From contig CAYSSA010000002.1 in the NCBI GenBank assembly GCA_964433485.1, forward strand, positions 6,661 through 31,889: 25,229 bases of DNA. Direction: 5' to 3'. The notes below the pieces were generated by a model that was not told where the DNA came from, did no database searches, and saw only the letters and a list, made by a program, of their open reading frames with translations. Below, piece by piece: positions 22,839-25,229 of the stretch (its first letter is position 1; the number at the start of each line of letters is the position of its first letter). The translations under genes and the position numbers were made by a program. Origin of the DNA: an uncultured Tepidisphaeraceae bacterium. GTDB lineage: Bacteria > Planctomycetota > Phycisphaerae > Tepidisphaerales > Tepidisphaeraceae.

Positions 22839-25229
22839 AGCGACTCCTCCTCAGCCACTTGGGCGATTTGGGCCGCCGATATCGCAACGCCACCGACCGT
22901 TATGGTCGAACGGATGGTCCGCTCATTGGTCTGCTGCTTGGAGAATGGTCGCACCAGCAGCTTTTGAAATGGGTCTTGCACGCGGACCATCGTGGGCGTA
23001 GGCGTGGCACATTGATAAACGACGTAAAGCCAGTAGCCGTCCCGGAGATTGCAGGCCCTGGCCCATTCGTTGTCGGAGATTTGAATCTCCCCGGTCGTCG
23101 CGCGGCCTTTGACCTCGATGGCACGAGTTTCTCGTAGCGTGCCCTCACGGGGAGGCCGAAGCGAGAGCAGGTCGAATCCGGGATTGTCGGTTAGGCCGGC
23201 GGCGCGGGCTAGCTCGGGAGTGTGGACATCCTGCACAATAGCGCCGGCGGCTTCCTCGTATGCGCGAGCAAGATCCATCGCAACTCGTTCAACGTCGGCG
23301 TCGTGCTGCTCCAGATCGTCGGGATTGGTCGATGGCACGACAAGAGCGTGCGCCAGGAACGTCAGGTGTCCGGGGGCAATCAACTCCGGCTCTCGATGGA
23401 GTGTTGCCACTGCCATGGCGCGGCGTTGGGCGAGGGAACGTTGCTGGTCCTTGATCTCCTTCAGCGCCTTGAGTGCCGCGGAGTTTCCGGACCGGGACTT
23501 TTCCGATTGCTTCACCCGGGCTGCGGCAAGCTCAGCTTCCTGGAAGTCAAAGCCACGCTGGACGAACTGCTCGCGCTCTGGGAGTGTGGCCAGAAGCGCA
23601 GTTCGTCGTTCCATCGCCATCGTGCGGGCGACGCGCTCGACCATGAACGCCTGGGCCTGGGCCTTGAGCTTCTCGGCGGACATGGCAATGCGCTGCGCCG
23701 CCGGCGGGAGGCCATGGCCGCCTCTGAGCAGCAGCAGGTGTTCGACCGGGCAGAGAGCAAGTTCGACACCCTCGCGCTGCTTAACACCAACAAGCGTGCA
23801 ATCGAGAATCTCCTCGCTGGCCAGATCGGGAAGCTCGGGGTCGGCTTGGCGGACGACGCTGACCAGGGCAAGGTGAAAAAGGTACGGCTTGTCGGTGGTC
23901 GGATCGACGAACACGGCACCGCGAAGGGCCTGGTCGCCCAGACGGTCGCTCACGACGGCGCGGAAACGCTCGAAAACAGGCTCTCCCGGGTGGACCCAGA
24001 TGCGGGCGTCCTTCTCCGTGGGCAGCGGCCGCACAACGGAGAGGCATCCGCGCTGGCGGGCCGGATACATTTCGAGCGTGTGGAGGAGGAGGTCAATAGC
24101 GCCCTTCGAGGCCGGCCGCATGGAGAAGCAGGCATCCATGTCGCCATCAAGCTCGATATCCACGAGCGGTGCGGCGTTTTCGACGTAGTTCCTGACATAG
24201 CCCGGCAGCAGACGGCAATATGCCTCCTGCTGGAGGTCTTCACGCAGCCGTGGGAGTTGGCGCTTCACGTCGCCCCCGTCGCCGTAGAGCATGCGCTCCT
24301 GCGCAGCCAGTGCCTCCACCTGCTCCTTGGTGAGGCGGCCGTCCAATTCGCTGGCGACGGAACCGGCGCCGTCCACCAAAGCCTGCTCCATGTAGGTCTT
24401 GAGGGAGACGCCCTCAAAGAGACGGCCGATGGAGTCGAAGACCTTTTCGCTGCCCAGACTGTCGCGGATGGTATCGAGCTTGTTTAGAAGCGTCTGGATG
24501 ACCAAACCCTCGCGGGTCTTGGGCGCGACGAGGTTGACGATCTGCACAGGGTCGTGCTTCTGGCCATAACGGTGAATGCGTCCCATCCGCTGCTCAAGGC
24601 GGGCAGGATTCCAGGGGATGTCGAAGTTCACCATGATCCAGCAGAACTGGAGGTTGATGCCTTCGGCAGCGGCGTCGGTGCAGATCATGAAGCGGGCGCC
24701 GCCGTCTTCGTGGGGCAGGCGGAATCGTTCGACCTGTTCCTGGCGCTCGGTGTAGAACATGCCGCCATGAATCTGCGCGATCTGCCCTGTGTATCCCATG
24801 CCCCCCAGTCGCTGGATGAGATAGGTGAGCGTGTCACGGTGCTCGGTGAACACGATGAATTTCTCACCGGCGAAGCGCTCGTCGGTCAAAACTTCCCGCA
24901 ACTTGTCGAACTTTGATTCGGCGCCCTGGTCGAAAACCTTCTGCGCCAGGTTGCGAAGGCCAACCACCTGCTCGCGCTCGACGACAAGATCGGTCAGCGA
25001 AGCAGCGATGACGCCGGCGAGCAGGCGATCCTCGGACACTTCGCCTTCCTCAAGTCCATCTTCGGGCGATTCTTCGTCGGCTGTCTTCGTATCGAGAACA
25101 TCATCCTCCTCGGCCAGACGGCGCTGGAGAATGACAAGCTGTTCCTCGGTGAGTTTGCCTTCCTGGACTTGCCGGATCAGGTCGTCGAGTTTGCCGATCC
25201 GGCGCTCGAATGATCGCAGCAGCGCGAAC
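22835..25229 (-). CDS. SF2/SNF2-type helicase with C-terminal DUF3883 (NOV-C-like) nuclease domain, 5'-truncated
   Basis: The frame is open to the window end (FALLRSFERRIGKLDDL... precedes the ORF-track start at 25039). Helicase motifs IV-VI: FIVFTEHRDT, TDAAAEGINLQ, DIPWNPARLEQRMGRIHRYGQ. C-terminal PGFDLLS...IEVKG...SDNEW...YWLYVV. Confidence 0.92.
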   Translation of the reverse strand, partial: FALLRSFERRIGKLDDLIRQVQEGKLTEEQLVILQRRLAEEDDVLDTKTADEESPEDGLEEGEVSEDRLLAGVIAASLTDLVVEREQVVGLRNLAQKVFDQGAESKFDKLREVLTDERFAGEKFIVFTEHRDTLTYLIQRLGGMGYTGQIAQIHGGMFYTERQEQVERFRLPHEDGGARFMICTDAAAEGINLQFCWIMVNFDIPWNPARLEQRMGRIHRYGQKHDPVQIVNLVAPKTREGLVIQTLLNKLDTIRDSLGSEKVFDSIGRLFEGVSLKTYMEQALVDGAGSVASELDGRLTKEQVEALAAQERMLYGDGGDVKRQLPRLREDLQQEAYCRLLPGYVRNYVENAAPLVDIELDGDMDACFSMRPASKGAIDLLLHTLEMYPARQRGCLSVVRPLPTEKDARIWVHPGEPVFERFRAVVSDRLGDQALRGAVFVDPTTDKPYLFHLALVSVVRQADPELPDLASEEILDCTLVGVKQREGVELALCPVEHLLLLRGGHGLPPAAQRIAMSAEKLKAQAQAFMVERVARTMAMERRTALLATLPEREQFVQRGFDFQEAELAAARVKQSEKSRSGNSAALKALKEIKDQQRSLAQRRAMAVATLHREPELIAPGHLTFLAHALVVPSTNPDDLEQHDADVERVAMDLARAYEEAAGAIVQDVHTPELARAAGLTDNPGFDLLSLRPPREGTLRETRAIEVKGRATTGEIQISDNEWARACNLRDGYWLYVVYQCATPTPTMVRVQDPFQKLLVRPFSKQQTNERTIRSTITVGGVAISAAQIAQVAEEESL

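Larger units (their letters stand above)
1..25229. mobile_element. Interior of an ICE/plasmid-like element or genomic island with a defence island; boundaries not in the window
   Basis: ardA and a long parB are typical conjugative leading-region genes, and they sit next to a defence operon. No integrase, relaxase or T4SS gene is visible here. Confidence 0.55.

Noticed and set aside
23222-24487. 421-aa plus-strand ORF
   Set aside because: Antisense shadow of the helicase.

Overview
High-GC window, probably from a planctomycete (judged from the kinase and ECF sigma style), that reads as part of a conjugative or integrative element. Left end: a 3'-truncated ardA antirestriction gene on the minus strand (absent from the ORF track), preceded by a strongly structured leader. 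Next is a plus-strand, apparently lower-GC cassette: a Ser/Thr kinase with 14 WD40 repeats and a TPR-like region, an ECF sigma factor, a tandem-ACT protein and a small hypothetical protein. A long ParB-family gene (minus strand) with its own hairpin-rich leader follows. The right 15.7 kb is one tightly coupled minus-strand defence operon. In transcription order it contains: SF2/SNF2 helicase with a DUF3883-type nuclease (5'-truncated), ComEC-type MBL hydrolase, 4-TM membrane protein, second MBL hydrolase, DUF1156 amino-methyltransferase, YhcG/DUF1016 PD-(D/E)XK nuclease, DUF499 ATPase, HNH-APAZ, and a catalytically inactive short prokaryotic Argonaute. The best candidates for novelty are the MBL-4TM-MBL module, the fusion of a restriction-like core with an HNH short-pAgo system in one operon, and a cluster of in-frame coding palindromes inside yhcG. 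No rRNA, tRNA, CRISPR array, transposase or integrase was seen. All family calls come from motif recognition by eye, not from database searches.
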